From assembly GCF_018141665.1 (NCBI RefSeq), contig NZ_CP067976.1, positions 1,307,719-1,339,718 of the forward strand: 32,000 nucleotides of DNA. Direction: 5' to 3'. The stretch comes from Wolbachia endosymbiont of Spodoptera picta (GTDB lineage Bacteria; Pseudomonadota; Alphaproteobacteria; Rickettsiales; Anaplasmataceae). The stretch's first letter is position 1. Each line of letters opens with the position of its first letter. Positions 1 to 9,057 of the stretch are shown piece after piece. Both the position numbers and the translations under genes were made by a program. The notes beneath the pieces were generated by a model. It did not search any database and was not told the origin of the DNA. It saw only the letters and a program-made list of their open reading frames with translations.

Positions 1-15
1 AAATTTTTATAGATT

Positions 16-548
16 TTAAGTAGAAATACACATGTGCGTAAGCACAGAATTTGCTTTTTCTATTGCTCTTGCTAACATTTCTTGTTCATTGTAATGATTC
101 TTCACATTGATTACCTGAGCTGACAAATTTGCAGGAAAAGTGACTAAACTAACTTCCCATAGTTCCACTTGTTTTAACACTCGAGCTCCGCTTTCATGAT
201 CAACATCATACTCTATTGGTATATAGCCAATCGAAAGCCCGTTAATAGTTCCAGTTTTTAGCATTAAATATGCTTCCTCTGCTTTTTGAATACCAAAAAG
301 CAAATGTGCAGTTATATATAGGCCAATATCATTTTCGCAAATATCTGAATATTACCTATAGGCTCACTTGGGTTGTGCTGCCAAAGAAGTTTTATCTGAC
401 TTTTATTTAAGTTGTTCTTCAATGCTCCTGGTAATATCAGATCATTTTGCTTATCAACTATATTAAAAACGCTCGCATAGCCAGAAAATACTCCGTTTTC
501 TTCTATGCTTTTTATTGACAATGGTGAATAGAGAAATTTCTTATTCAT
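16..548 (-). pseudogene. HK97-family phage prohead (capsid maturation) protease, split by one frameshift near 300-330
   Basis: ORF 312..548 (MNKKFLYSPLSIKSIEENGVFSGYASVFN...LWQHNPSEPIG) and ORF 16..303 (GLSIGYIPIEYDVD...WEVSLVTFPAN) look like the N- and C-halves of an HK97-type prohead protease. A third frame reads CENDIGLYITAHLLFGIQ and bridges the two. AAGGAGG lies just upstream of the ATG at 548. Confidence 0.75.
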
Positions 549-723
549 AAGTCCTCCTTGTAAATTATGGTATTGGGTTTGCCAGCGCTCTGAGCCAGCT
601 TAAAATGTTGTATAGATTGTTTTCCTATATCTCAGGATGAGTATAAGGCACTACAATATAATTCTATTGTATGCAGTGCTTTGAAAATGGGGAAGTACTT
701 TTTTAGTTATAAAATTTGTCATT

Positions 724-1045
724 TTATATACATAAGGGTAGGGTTTGTTGCACATTGGGTTGTTCAACAGCAGCGTTTTCTAGATTTGTAGAAACAGCTT
801 CGTTTGTAGGAGTAATTATTTTTCCTAGAAGGAAGCCAAATCCCAAAGAAACAGCGGCTATAAAACCATTCATTAATGACTCTGTCCATGTTTCTCCCTC
901 GTATTCTTGATAGATTTTAGAATATATCATTATTAGCTTCACTCGGGTTTAAATTTCTTTCCAACTCTTCTGATGTTTTCTCCCCAGCATCTTGGGATTT
1001 TGTTGATGAACTTTTCTGTAAGTTTTCTAATTCTTGTGCGTCCAT
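724..1045 (-). CDS. small membrane protein, C-terminal paralog of the 1310..2170 gene; possibly a two-part frameshifted gene
   Basis: The 72-aa ORF 724..942 ends SLMNGFIAAVSLGFGFLLGKIITPTNEAVSTNLENAAVEQPNVQ, which aligns with the C-terminus of the 286-aa protein. A 42-aa ORF (ATG 1045 to stop 917, MDAQELENLQKSS...) overlaps it in another frame and has the promoter-like site upstream. Confidence 0.4.
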
Positions 1046-1075
1046 CAACACCTCACTATTAAAGCTTAAGTACAA

Positions 1076-1104
1076 ATCATACAGCACTATAATTGTTTAG
1101 TCAA
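1076..1104 (-). promoter_or_regulatory. sigma70-like promoter (TTGACT - 17 nt - TATGAT on minus strand)
   Basis: The minus strand reads TTGACT (1104..1099), a 17-nt spacer, then TATGAT (1081..1076). This is about 30 nt upstream of ATG 1045, with GTGAGG as a possible RBS. Confidence 0.35.
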
Positions 1105-1224
1105 GGTAAATACTAGTATATTAAGTAAATATTTACTATATTAATATGATTGCTTAAATTCACAACTAATTGTTTAGGGGAATAAAAAGATTGTGTTTTG
1201 TAGGTGATTTGCGTAGCGGAAGGT

Positions 1225-1255
1225 GTTACCCCAGTTTCACAACACCCGGGGTAAC
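1225..1255 (-). terminator. GC-rich hairpin downstream of the 1310..2170 gene (no U-tract)
   Basis: GTTACCCC (1225-1232) pairs with GGGGTAAC (1248-1255) across a 15-nt loop. It stands out in AT-rich DNA and lies 55 nt past the stop codon. It lacks a T-run, so terminator function is uncertain. Confidence 0.25.
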
Positions 1256-1309
1256 GATAAAGAAGGAAGTAGAGAAAGTTATATGTAATAGTTTAAAACT
1301 ATTACAAGT

Positions 1310-2170
1310 TTATATGCTCTGTCCTTGAATATTTTGTTGTTCAGTGGTAGCATCTTCCAAATTTGTAGAGATAGGAGCAAACATCCTTCTCGCTAAAGCC
1401 GTTGACAATGTAGCACCAATTCCAGCTCCAATTGCAGCTATAAAACCAGGGCCTAATAATTCCATATTTGTTTCAGTGCTGCTGCTAGTTATATTGTTAG
1501 TTAACATTATCGCGCCTGCTCCTAAGGCTGCTACTAACCGAATCCTTGACGGTTTACTTGTTGCATCAAGAGAATATTGTACTACTTCTCTAAGCCCTGA
1601 ATTCCTGTTTTTTAACGCTACTGCTATTGATATTGGTAATATGACCATTATTGGAATGGATAATAGTCCTCCAAGTGTTGTACCAATAATTTCACTCACT
1701 TTTGATTTTCCAAGATTAACTCCTAAGGCTGTTATACCTAATACTCCAATTGAGGTGATAATCCTTAGATTTCTCTCTTCCATTTCTCTCACATGCGCCT
1801 CATATTGTATTGTAGCTTCTGCTAACGCTAACCCAATACTATTTGGTTGCTGTGGAATCTGATTTACTCGCCCTAACTCTTGTGAAGTTTTCCCTCCAAT
1901 ACTTTTGACGGCATCTTCTAAGTCTAACAATGATCTGTTATTTAACCTTACGTTATCTTGACTATCACAAAGGATAATGTAGTCTAAAATTGTCATTCTC
2001 AGATCACTCATTTCTATATCATCATTAATATGATCTTTTAATTCATCGATAATCTTTAATGCTCGCTCTTTCATATCTTTTTCTTCTTCTGCATTAATTG
2101 GTGCAAGTATGAGAAAAATTATTCCAAGCAACTCTTGTTGTAAGTTTTTTAAATCCATAATAATTATCAT
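1310..2170 (-). CDS. hypothetical multi-pass membrane protein with conserved C-terminal tail
   Basis: A 286-aa ORF. The N-terminal third is acidic and helical, followed by several Gly/Ala/Ile-rich hydrophobic segments. It ends STNLEDATTEQQNIQGQSI. The antisense ORF 1344..1862 is a shadow. Confidence 0.7.
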   Translation of the reverse strand: MIIIMDLKNLQQELLGIIFLILAPINAEEEKDMKERALKIIDELKDHINDDIEMSDLRMTILDYIILCDSQDNVRLNNRSLLDLEDAVKSIGGKTSQELGRVNQIPQQPNSIGLALAEATIQYEAHVREMEERNLRIITSIGVLGITALGVNLGKSKVSEIIGTTLGGLLSIPIMVILPISIAVALKNRNSGLREVVQYSLDATSKPSRIRLVAALGAGAIMLTNNITSSSTETNMELLGPGFIAAIGAGIGATLSTALARRMFAPISTNLEDATTEQQNIQGQSI

Positions 2171-2358
2171 TAATATTGAGTTAAATAATATGGTACTATA
2201 GTTACTTAATCAATTTAATTATTAAGATATTAAAGCATAAGATACCAAAGAGTAATATCCTTAGCCGTAAAATACAAAAATAACTGACGGGTTCTTTATA
2301 ATTAGAAATATTAAGGAATTTACTAAATAAAAAAGGTAAAAGAATGTTATCTACTTTT

Positions 2359-2384
2359 CAGAGTCAGCTATTTAGCTAACTCTG
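2359..2384 (-). terminator. hairpin 15 nt downstream of the 2400..2759 gene
   Basis: CAGAGTCAGCTATTTAGCTAACTCTG forms a 10-bp stem with one mismatch and a 4-nt loop. No clear U-tract follows it. Confidence 0.3.
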
Positions 2385-2399
2385 AAGAGTAGGAAAGAG

Positions 2400-2759
2400 C
2401 TATATGCTCTGTCCTTGAATATTTGTTTGTTCAATAGTAGTACTTTCCAAATTTTGTAAAGATTCAAATTCTTCTTGCATATCCAGTATGTCTTCTATTA
2501 CTTGCTGATCTTCATCTTTTTCTTCTAATTGAAATGCTGCTGCTTCTTGAGGTGTTTCTAGCAGTTTTTTTAATATTTCTGTGCGCAGTTTCTCTGTTAT
2601 TGATTTCCACTGTAGCATTACTAGCATTTCATTGTGCAGCACTGACATTTTCTGTAGTGTTTTCACTTTTTCTGACAGTCCTTTATTTTCTTTTTGCAAT
2701 GCTTCTATTTTTCTTTGCTGATACTGATTATCTGAATTTGTCATTGGTAATCCATGCAT
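2400..2759 (-). CDS. hypothetical coiled-coil protein sharing the C-terminal tail of the neighbouring gene
   Basis: A 119-aa ORF rich in heptad-like E/K/L/Q. It ends LESTTIEQTNIQGQSI. Its last 23 nt plus stop region (2401-2423) are identical to 1311-1333. Confidence 0.65.
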   Translation of the reverse strand: MHGLPMTNSDNQYQQRKIEALQKENKGLSEKVKTLQKMSVLHNEMLVMLQWKSITEKLRTEILKKLLETPQEAAAFQLEEKDEDQQVIEDILDMQEEFESLQNLESTTIEQTNIQGQSI

Positions 2760-2790
2760 AACCTACTTCAAGTTAAAATTTAGATATTAT

Positions 2791-2819
2791 TAATTAAGTG
2801 ATACAGTTTCTTTAGTCAA
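2791..2819 (-). promoter_or_regulatory. sigma70-like promoter (TTGACT - 17 nt - TAATTA on minus strand)
   Basis: The minus strand reads CTTGACTAAA, the same -35 context as at 1099-1104, followed 17 nt later by TAATTA. It lies upstream of ATG 2759. Confidence 0.3.
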
Positions 2820-2918
2820 GATAAGCATCAATATATTATAACATTAGGATTAACAACCAAAAGAATAGAATGAAATATCAGGCAATATCCTCTATAATTA
2901 AACTTTTAAGATGGAAAA

Positions 2919-3890
2919 ATGACAATTCGTGTAGGAATTAATGGTCTTGGTAGAATAGGCAGAAGTGTATTGCGTGCTATTTTTGAAGTAGAAAACTATA
3001 GCGAGCAAATAGAAGTTGTGGCGGTAAATGGGTCGCTCAGTGCTGAGCAGCATGCACATTTGATTAAATATGACTCTGTTCATGGCAAATTTAACGGCGA
3101 TATTGATTTTAACGAGTCTGAAAATTGGCTATCTATAAATGGCAGGAAATTTTCTTTATATAGAGAACGTAGCCCTGAAAATATTCCTTGGAATGTTGAT
3201 GTAGTGCTTGAATGCACTGGTGCATTCAACAAGCGTGCGGAAGCAGCAAAGCATAATGCAGAGAGAGTAATTGTCTCTGCTCCAGTTTCAGATGCTGATG
3301 TAACTGTAGTTTACGGCGTAAATAATGATATGCTAAAAAAGGAGCATAAAGTGATCTCAGCAGGTTCTTGTACTACAAACTGTCTGGCTCCGATTGTACA
3401 CGTTTTACACTCCAATTTAGGCATAAAAAGCGGTTTTATGACCACTATACATGCCTATACGAATGATCAAAATATTCTTGATGGCAACCATAGAGACTTA
3501 CGTAGGGCAAGAGCTTGTGGCCTTTCTATGGTGCCAACTACAACTGGAGCAGCAAAAACAATTGGTTCTGTCATTCCTCAGTTAAAGGGTAAGCTAGATG
3601 GTACTGCTATTAGAGTTCCGGTTAGCAACGTTTCTATGGTTGATTTTAAATTTTTAGCTGATAAGAGAGCAACAACTAAGGAAATAAACGAAATATTTAA
3701 GAATTCAGCAAATCATGTGCTTTCCGTATGTAACGAGCCTTTAGTTTCAATAGACTTTGTCCATAACCCTTATAGTGCAATTGTGGATTTAGCTGGTACA
3801 TATGTCACAGGTGATATCTGTAGAGTTGCAGCGTGGTACGATAATGAATGGGCTTTTTCACTGAGAATGTTAGACATAGCGTTATTGTAA
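2919..3890 (+). CDS. gap: glyceraldehyde-3-phosphate dehydrogenase
   Basis: A full-length 323-aa ORF. It has the N-terminal INGLGRIGR dinucleotide-binding motif and the catalytic SCTTNCLAP motif. TATAAT at 2893-2898 is a possible -10 element. Confidence 0.95.
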   Translation: MTIRVGINGLGRIGRSVLRAIFEVENYSEQIEVVAVNGSLSAEQHAHLIKYDSVHGKFNGDIDFNESENWLSINGRKFSLYRERSPENIPWNVDVVLECTGAFNKRAEAAKHNAERVIVSAPVSDADVTVVYGVNNDMLKKEHKVISAGSCTTNCLAPIVHVLHSNLGIKSGFMTTIHAYTNDQNILDGNHRDLRRARACGLSMVPTTTGAAKTIGSVIPQLKGKLDGTAIRVPVSNVSMVDFKFLADKRATTKEINEIFKNSANHVLSVCNEPLVSIDFVHNPYSAIVDLAGTYVTGDICRVAAWYDNEWAFSLRMLDIALL

Positions 3891-3893
3891 AGT

Positions 3894-4652
3894 ATGAACG
3901 AAAACTCACAAAAATATGCTTCATTTTATGAGCACTTTGCGGAACTTAGAAAAAGGGTTATTTTTTGCTTTCTATTTTTTTGTGTTACCTTCGGGTTTTG
4001 TTACTACTTTAAAGAAAATATATACCGCTTTTTACTTGCACCTTTAATAGAAGTTACAAAAGATAGCAATGATTTTTCTCTAATCTATACAGACTTAACA
4101 GAAGCGTTTTTTGTATATCTCAGGGTTGCAATAATGAGTGCACTGTTGTTTTCTTTTCCTGTGTTTGCATGGCAATTCTACATATTTCTAGCACCTGGCT
4201 TATATAAAAGAGAAAGGGCAGTGTTATTGCCATACTTAATTGCAACACCGGTTTTGTTTGTAACGGGAGCCGCTGTAGTTTACTACTACATATTTCCCTT
4301 AGCCTGGAAATTTTTTATTGCTTTTGAACATAGCGGTAAATCTTTCGGTATACCAATAGAGTTTATGCCATCAGTTAGTGAATATTTAGACCTTGTTCTT
4401 CAATTTATGTTTGCATTTGGCACTGCATTTCAAATTCCAGTTATACTCACCTTAATGGTAAGAGTAGGGCTAATCACTGCACAAAGTTTGTCAAATAAAC
4501 GGAGAATTGCGATAGTGGTAATTTTCATTATTGCTGCAATCTTAACTCCACCTGATGTACTAAGCCAAGTAGGGCTTGCAATTCCAATGTTGGTATTATA
4601 TGAGCTCTCTATCCTGATATGTAGATATATTGAGAAGAAAGCAAAGGATTGA
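3894..4652 (+). CDS. tatC: twin-arginine translocase subunit TatC
   Basis: A 252-aa polytopic ORF starting 4 nt after the gap stop. It has an N-terminal FYEHFAELRKR and a LTPPDVLSQ motif, both typical of TatC. Confidence 0.92.
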   Translation: MNENSQKYASFYEHFAELRKRVIFCFLFFCVTFGFCYYFKENIYRFLLAPLIEVTKDSNDFSLIYTDLTEAFFVYLRVAIMSALLFSFPVFAWQFYIFLAPGLYKRERAVLLPYLIATPVLFVTGAAVVYYYIFPLAWKFFIAFEHSGKSFGIPIEFMPSVSEYLDLVLQFMFAFGTAFQIPVILTLMVRVGLITAQSLSNKRRIAIVVIFIIAAILTPPDVLSQVGLAIPMLVLYELSILICRYIEKKAKD

Positions 4653-4786
4653 ATCAAGAATATTATTTATAAACAAAGAATGAGCACCGGAGCACTTTTT
4701 CTTGAACATTGAAGTGGGATTATGTAAACTGCCCTTATTGATTTTTTAGTAGACGCCAAGTGAATTAAAATATTACGAGGTGTGTT

Positions 4787-4881
4787 ATGATAATAGTTGT
4801 TGGTGGTCAAAAAGGTGGTACTGGTAAAACGACCATAGCCACAAATATAGCGGTGATGCGTGCTAGGGAAGGTAGAAATGT
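4787..4881 (+). pseudogene. 5' exon: ParA/MinD-type Walker A ATPase N-terminus, cut by a group II intron
   Basis: GAGG plus ATG 4787. MIIVVGGQKGGTGKTTIATNIAVMRAREGRN carries the deviant Walker A KGGxGKT. The frame is interrupted at 4881/4882 by the intron 5' GTGCG. Confidence 0.6.
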
Positions 4882-5374
4882 GTGCGCCAAGAAGTGCGTA
4901 AGGAACAGTTGGTGAAAATCCAACACGGGTAAAGCTTAGCCAGCAACCTGGAACAAACCATTATGCTGCGTAAGGTAACGAGCGTAGTAAAGCTAATGGA
5001 ATGGACAACATAGGGTGCAACGAAAGTGAAGGTATTGAGTCCCGTAATTCACGCGTCATGGGGGCCGACACTTTACATTTGGTGGAAGGCAACATGGGTA
5101 ATAACGCTAAGGAAAGATATTACTCACCCCATCGGGATCGAAGGCCGCGTCATGTGTTGAGATGGACCTTACGTGAACTTGGGAGATCCTTTGTATTCCT
5201 GTAAGGGTACTCTGGAACAAGTCAATAAAGGCAAGGACTGGAGGAAGATGCAAAGGAAGTCGGACTAACTGATAGTACTCGGAGTGTGGGAAAGCCACAT
5301 ACAAGGGGAAGCGGTTAGCAATATAGTGACTGGTATAGGGATTGCTATACCAATACAACAGAGATTGGAGGAGT

Positions 5375-6688
5375 ATGCAAGGAAAACTAAACCAGATAGC
5401 AGTAAGGGCTAAGCAAGATAAGCGAGTAAAATTTACATCGCTAGTTCATTTGATTAATGAAGAGAATCTTGCAGAGTGTTACAAGGAACTAAAACGCAAC
5501 AAGGCTTGCGGTATAGATCGTGTGACAGTGGAAGCTTATGGAGAAAATCTAGAAGAGAAACTTAGAATGCTAGTGGATAGTATGAAGAGAAAGCAATACC
5601 GACCGCAACCAGTGAAAAGGGTATACATACCCAAAATTGGAAGCAAGGAAAAACGCGGTCTCGGAATACCATCAACAGAAGAAAAGTTGGTACAGGTAAT
5701 GCTAAAGAAGATATTAGAAAATATTTATGAAGCAAACTTTATGGACAGCTCGTATGGATTTCGACCAGGAAGAAATTGTCATCAGGCGATAAACGTTCTA
5801 GATAAAGCAGTTATGCACAAACCAATTAACTATATTGTAGAAGTGGATATCAAGAAGTTCTTTGATAATGTTCAACATAAATGGCTAATGAATTGTCTAA
5901 GGGAACGAATAGCTGACCCAAATTTATTGTGGTTAATAAAACGATTTCTAAAGGCAGGAATAGTCGAAGTTGGATGTTATAAAGCAACCGATCAAGGCAC
6001 ACCACAAGGTGGTATAGTAAGCCCTGTATTAGCTAATATATACTTACACTATGTGCTGGACTTATGGTTTGAAAAGAAATTTAAGCCAAAAGCCAGAGGA
6101 TATATACAGCTAATAAGGTTTTGCGACGATTTTGTAGTTGGCTGCGAGAGGGAAGAAGACGCAAAAGAATTTCTAGAATTACTGAAACAAAGACTAAGTA
6201 AATTTGGATTGGAAATAGCTGAAAATAAAACAAAAATAGTAAAGTTTGGTAAGAAAGAATGGTATCAAGCAGAAAGAGAGAAACGTAGGACGGCTAGCTT
6301 CAACTTTCTAGGATTTACACATTATTGTGGAAAAAGTCGTAATGGTAAACTTATGATGAAGCAGAAAACTTCAAAAATAAGCCTAGCTAGAAAGATTAAA
6401 GAAATCAAAGAGTGGTTGAAGATGGTACGAAGTCGTATCTGCCTCAAAGATTGGTGGCAGAAACTTAAAGCCAAACTAACAGGACACTATAGCTACTTCG
6501 GAGTTAGCGGAAATTATCGGTGTTTGATTCAATTCAATCGACTGGCAACAAAGTTAGCATTTAAGTGGATAAACCGACGTAGTCAAAAGAAAAGTATCGA
6601 TTGGGAACAATTTATACACTATTTAAAAGTAAATCCATTACCAAAACCAAAGGTATATGTTTCTTTATACACAGGAGCACTAGTGTGA
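5375..6688 (+). CDS. group II intron reverse transcriptase/maturase (intron-encoded protein)
   Basis: GGAGGA RBS plus ATG 5375; the track ORF starts earlier, at 5342. RT blocks include GIPSTEEKLVQ, QGGIVSPVLANIYL and RFCDDFVV (the YxDD box). The C-terminus is maturase-like (LTGHYSYFG). I saw no HNH-type Cys/His endonuclease motifs. Confidence 0.9.
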   Translation: MQGKLNQIAVRAKQDKRVKFTSLVHLINEENLAECYKELKRNKACGIDRVTVEAYGENLEEKLRMLVDSMKRKQYRPQPVKRVYIPKIGSKEKRGLGIPSTEEKLVQVMLKKILENIYEANFMDSSYGFRPGRNCHQAINVLDKAVMHKPINYIVEVDIKKFFDNVQHKWLMNCLRERIADPNLLWLIKRFLKAGIVEVGCYKATDQGTPQGGIVSPVLANIYLHYVLDLWFEKKFKPKARGYIQLIRFCDDFVVGCEREEDAKEFLELLKQRLSKFGLEIAENKTKIVKFGKKEWYQAEREKRRTASFNFLGFTHYCGKSRNGKLMMKQKTSKISLARKIKEIKEWLKMVRSRICLKDWWQKLKAKLTGHYSYFGVSGNYRCLIQFNRLATKLAFKWINRRSQKKSIDWEQFIHYLKVNPLPKPKVYVSLYTGALV

Positions 6689-6701
6689 ACGCTGTATTGT
6701 G

Positions 6702-6793
6702 GAGCCGTGTGCGGGAAATCCGCAAGCACGGTTCTTTTGGGGAGACTATGGTTATGAGACCAAATCGCTGATTTCAAGGTCATAAGTCTCTAC
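6702..6793 (+). ncRNA. group II intron catalytic domain V and branch-site domain VI
   Basis: GAGCCGTGTGCGGGAAATCCGCAAGCACGGTTC has the 8-bp lower helix GAGCCGTG/CACGGTTC with the AGC triad. A domain VI hairpin with a bulged adenosine follows it. Confidence 0.8.
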
Positions 6794-7344
6794 CAGACTA
6801 AGTAATTCTTCTAAAGAAAAAAACTCTGAGGTTGTTCAAGGAATACCTGGACCAGTGTCAAGTGATAAATGGAATAGGACTTTCAATTTTCCTCCGAATA
6901 ATAGGGTGAGAGCAGATGATCATCCATTTTTAGGTACCAAGCATGACCGCAAAATTGAATATTTAGATTGTGATGATGAAGAGTCAAAAAGGCGAATTCT
7001 TGCTGATAGCTCTTCTTATAATTCAGAAAATGAAAATCACGGTAAATATCTAAAAGGCAAGATTATTGATGAAACTAAGCAAGAAATTGCTCAACACATA
7101 GAAAACAGTGATGTAGAATCTGTACAGCTTAGAGTGAGAAGTCCAATTAGAACTATGTTGACTGCAAGAATTGTGCTGAATGATAATAAAGGAAAAATAA
7201 ACATTAGTAATATTTTAACTAATGATTTTTTTGAAAGCAATAGGATAACGGCGGTTACATTGTTGCTACCTGGAGATGAAAAAAGAGGAATGCGTGGACG
7301 AGTTGATGAGCATGGAGTAAGAATTTATGAAGTAGCTAATGGCT
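6794..7344 (+). pseudogene. 3' exon / middle part of the interrupted host gene (hypothetical protein)
   Basis: The frame of ORF 6855..7349 is open back to 6794 and joins in frame to 4881 if the intron is removed. It is cut at 7344/7345 by IS copy A. Confidence 0.55.
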
Positions 7345-8511
7345 TGTAATAGTTTAGACTTGATCTGACAGAAGAATTGAAAACTAATATCAGTCTTTTG
7401 TTTAATGTTACTAATATTTTTCTGATAAGCAATATGCATACTATCAAAAAAGGTTTGCATAGGCATAGCAATATTTACCTGAATGTGGTCTAGATCTATT
7501 GTAAGAATGCACCCAATGGTCTACGTCTAACTGAAGTTCTGCCAAAGAGGTGTAAATTTTCTTTCTAAAGATAATATTGTAACATTCATCTTGCATAGTT
7601 CTATGGAACCTTTCACATATGCCATTAGTCTGTGGAGAACGAGCTTTGGTTCGAGAATGATCAATATTTTCTACCCCTAAATATAGCTGGTAAACGTGAT
7701 TTTCAGGTCTGCCACAATACTCTGTACCACGATCCGTCAAAACACGTAGCAATGATACTTTCTGTTCATCAAAGAACGGTACTACCCTATCATTAAGAAG
7801 ATCTGCAGCTGTGATAGCAGTCCTTTCTGTGTAAAGCTTAGCAAAAGCAACTCTGGAATAGGTATCAACAAAGGTTTGCTGGTAAATTCGTCCAATACCT
7901 TTGATATTACCAACATAATAACTGTCTTGGCTACCTAAGTATCCTGGATGCTCTGTTTCAATTTCTCCATGGGCCTCTTTATTCTTCCTTAGCCTTTTCT
8001 AGAGCTGTTATCTGTTCTTCTGTTAAAATGATACCATCCTGAGCTACTTTTGCTTCTAATGCCTTTAACCTCTTTTTAAAATTTTCAAGATCGTTTCTTT
8101 GCCACACTGATCTTATTCCACTTGCAGAGATGAGAATTCCTCTCTTTTTCAGTTCGTTTGCTGCTCTTTCTTGTCCGTATGCTGGAAACTCTATTGCTAT
8201 TTCAACTACTGCTTTTTCTATATCCTCCGACACTCTATTTGCATACAATGGCTTGCTTTTGCTTATCTCGTGTAAAGCCTCTTCTCCTCCTGTTTCATAC
8301 AGTTCTTTGAAGCGGTAAAATGTATCCCTTGAATATCCCATTACTTTACACGCCTGTGATACATTTCCTAATTGCTTTGCAAGTTCTAGCAATCCCAACT
8401 TTGGTTTTAGTATTTTTTCTTGTGTTGTATTCATATCTGACACTCCTTTAAAACTTGTTTATATTTTTATCTTACTTTGTTTGCTTGTCAGATCAAGTCT
8501 AAACTATTACA
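7345..8511 (-). mobile_element. IS481-family-like insertion sequence, copy A (1167 bp)
   Basis: 26-bp perfect terminal inverted repeats TGTAATAGTTTAGACTTGATCTGACA. It carries an HTH ORF plus an rve/DDE-type catalytic region. Same length as copy B, offset exactly 4332 bp. Confidence 0.9.
7444..8443 (-). pseudogene. IS481-like transposase, HTH part (154 aa) and DDE part in different frames
   Basis: orfA is [45 protein letters not shown] (HTH). The catalytic part reads KEAHGEIETEHPGYLGSQDSYYVG...LTDRGTEY...NGICERFHRT...YNRSRPHSGKYCY in the +1 frame. The C-terminal PMQTFFDS continues in a third frame. Confidence 0.8.
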
Positions 8512-8639
8512 TAGATGTACTATCCTACTTACGTAAAGAAGGTTCTGAAATAGTAAAAGTTTCACAGAATCCTTCAACAAGTATGGAAAGTGTGACTATA
8601 TCAAAACAACTTTCTTCTGCTCAAGGAGTAAGTAAATAA
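8512..8639 (+). pseudogene. 3' end of the interrupted host gene
   Basis: Joining 7344 to 8512 continues the frame: ...YEVANGL-LDVLSYLRKEGSEIVKVSQNPSTSMESVTISKQLSSAQGVSK, with the stop at 8637-8639. Confidence 0.55.
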
Positions 8640-9057
8640 GAAGACTTTATGAGCTGCTTGCAAATGTAGGCAGCTTATATTTCAGTATCCTTATTTCATG
8701 TTCTCTAGAGTGTTTTTATTTCCTGTAATCTTTTTATAAAAACCATAGGCGCCAGTTGGTTTTAAAGTAAAGGTCAAGTATCTGGAATTCTGGACATAAA
8801 ATCCTCCTGTGTAAAAAAAGTTAGAAAAAAATGCGGTGCATATACGACAGATATACACTGAAGAATATATTTTTTAATAAGTTTGATTAAAAAATCTGCA
8901 GACTAAAGATAGATTTTGAGCTCTTAAAATATCTCTAATTGTAATTATAATGAGGTTGGAAATATGCGGAAGTAATTTTTATACGTTAGCTACAGTTAAA
9001 ACATAATTGACTTTGCCTAGTTAATATTTCAAATTATAAAAAAGGCAAATAATTTCT

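Larger units (their letters stand above)
4882..6793 (+). mobile_element. group II intron, apparently full length (about 1.9 kb) with intact RT-maturase ORF
   Basis: 5' GTGCG at 4882. An RT-maturase ORF sits in the domain IV position. Domain V, with the AGC triad, is at 6702-6734. The domain VI helix GAGACTATG/CATAAGTCTC has a bulged A (6784/6785) 8-9 nt before the proposed 3' end TAC (6791-6793). Confidence 0.85.

Noticed and set aside
1344-1862. 172-aa plus-strand ORF antisense to the 286-aa gene; the same applies to 2534..2761, 8130..8318, 12462..12650, 16884..17072 and the many short antisense ORFs inside secA, the OTU gene and gpJ
   Set aside because: These are shadow ORFs on the opposite strand of better-supported genes. 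They have hydrophobic, low-complexity translations and no start context. The copies inside the IS simply repeat with the element.
5001-5358. ORFs 5001..5204 (+) and 5107..5358 (-), and their counterparts 10041..10517 (+), 10243..10545 (-), 10407..10604 (-) and 10601..10840 (-)
   Set aside because: They lie in or overlap the structured 5' ribozyme domains, or the RT ORF, of the group II introns. Their conservation between the two copies is explained by the intron RNA, not by coding.
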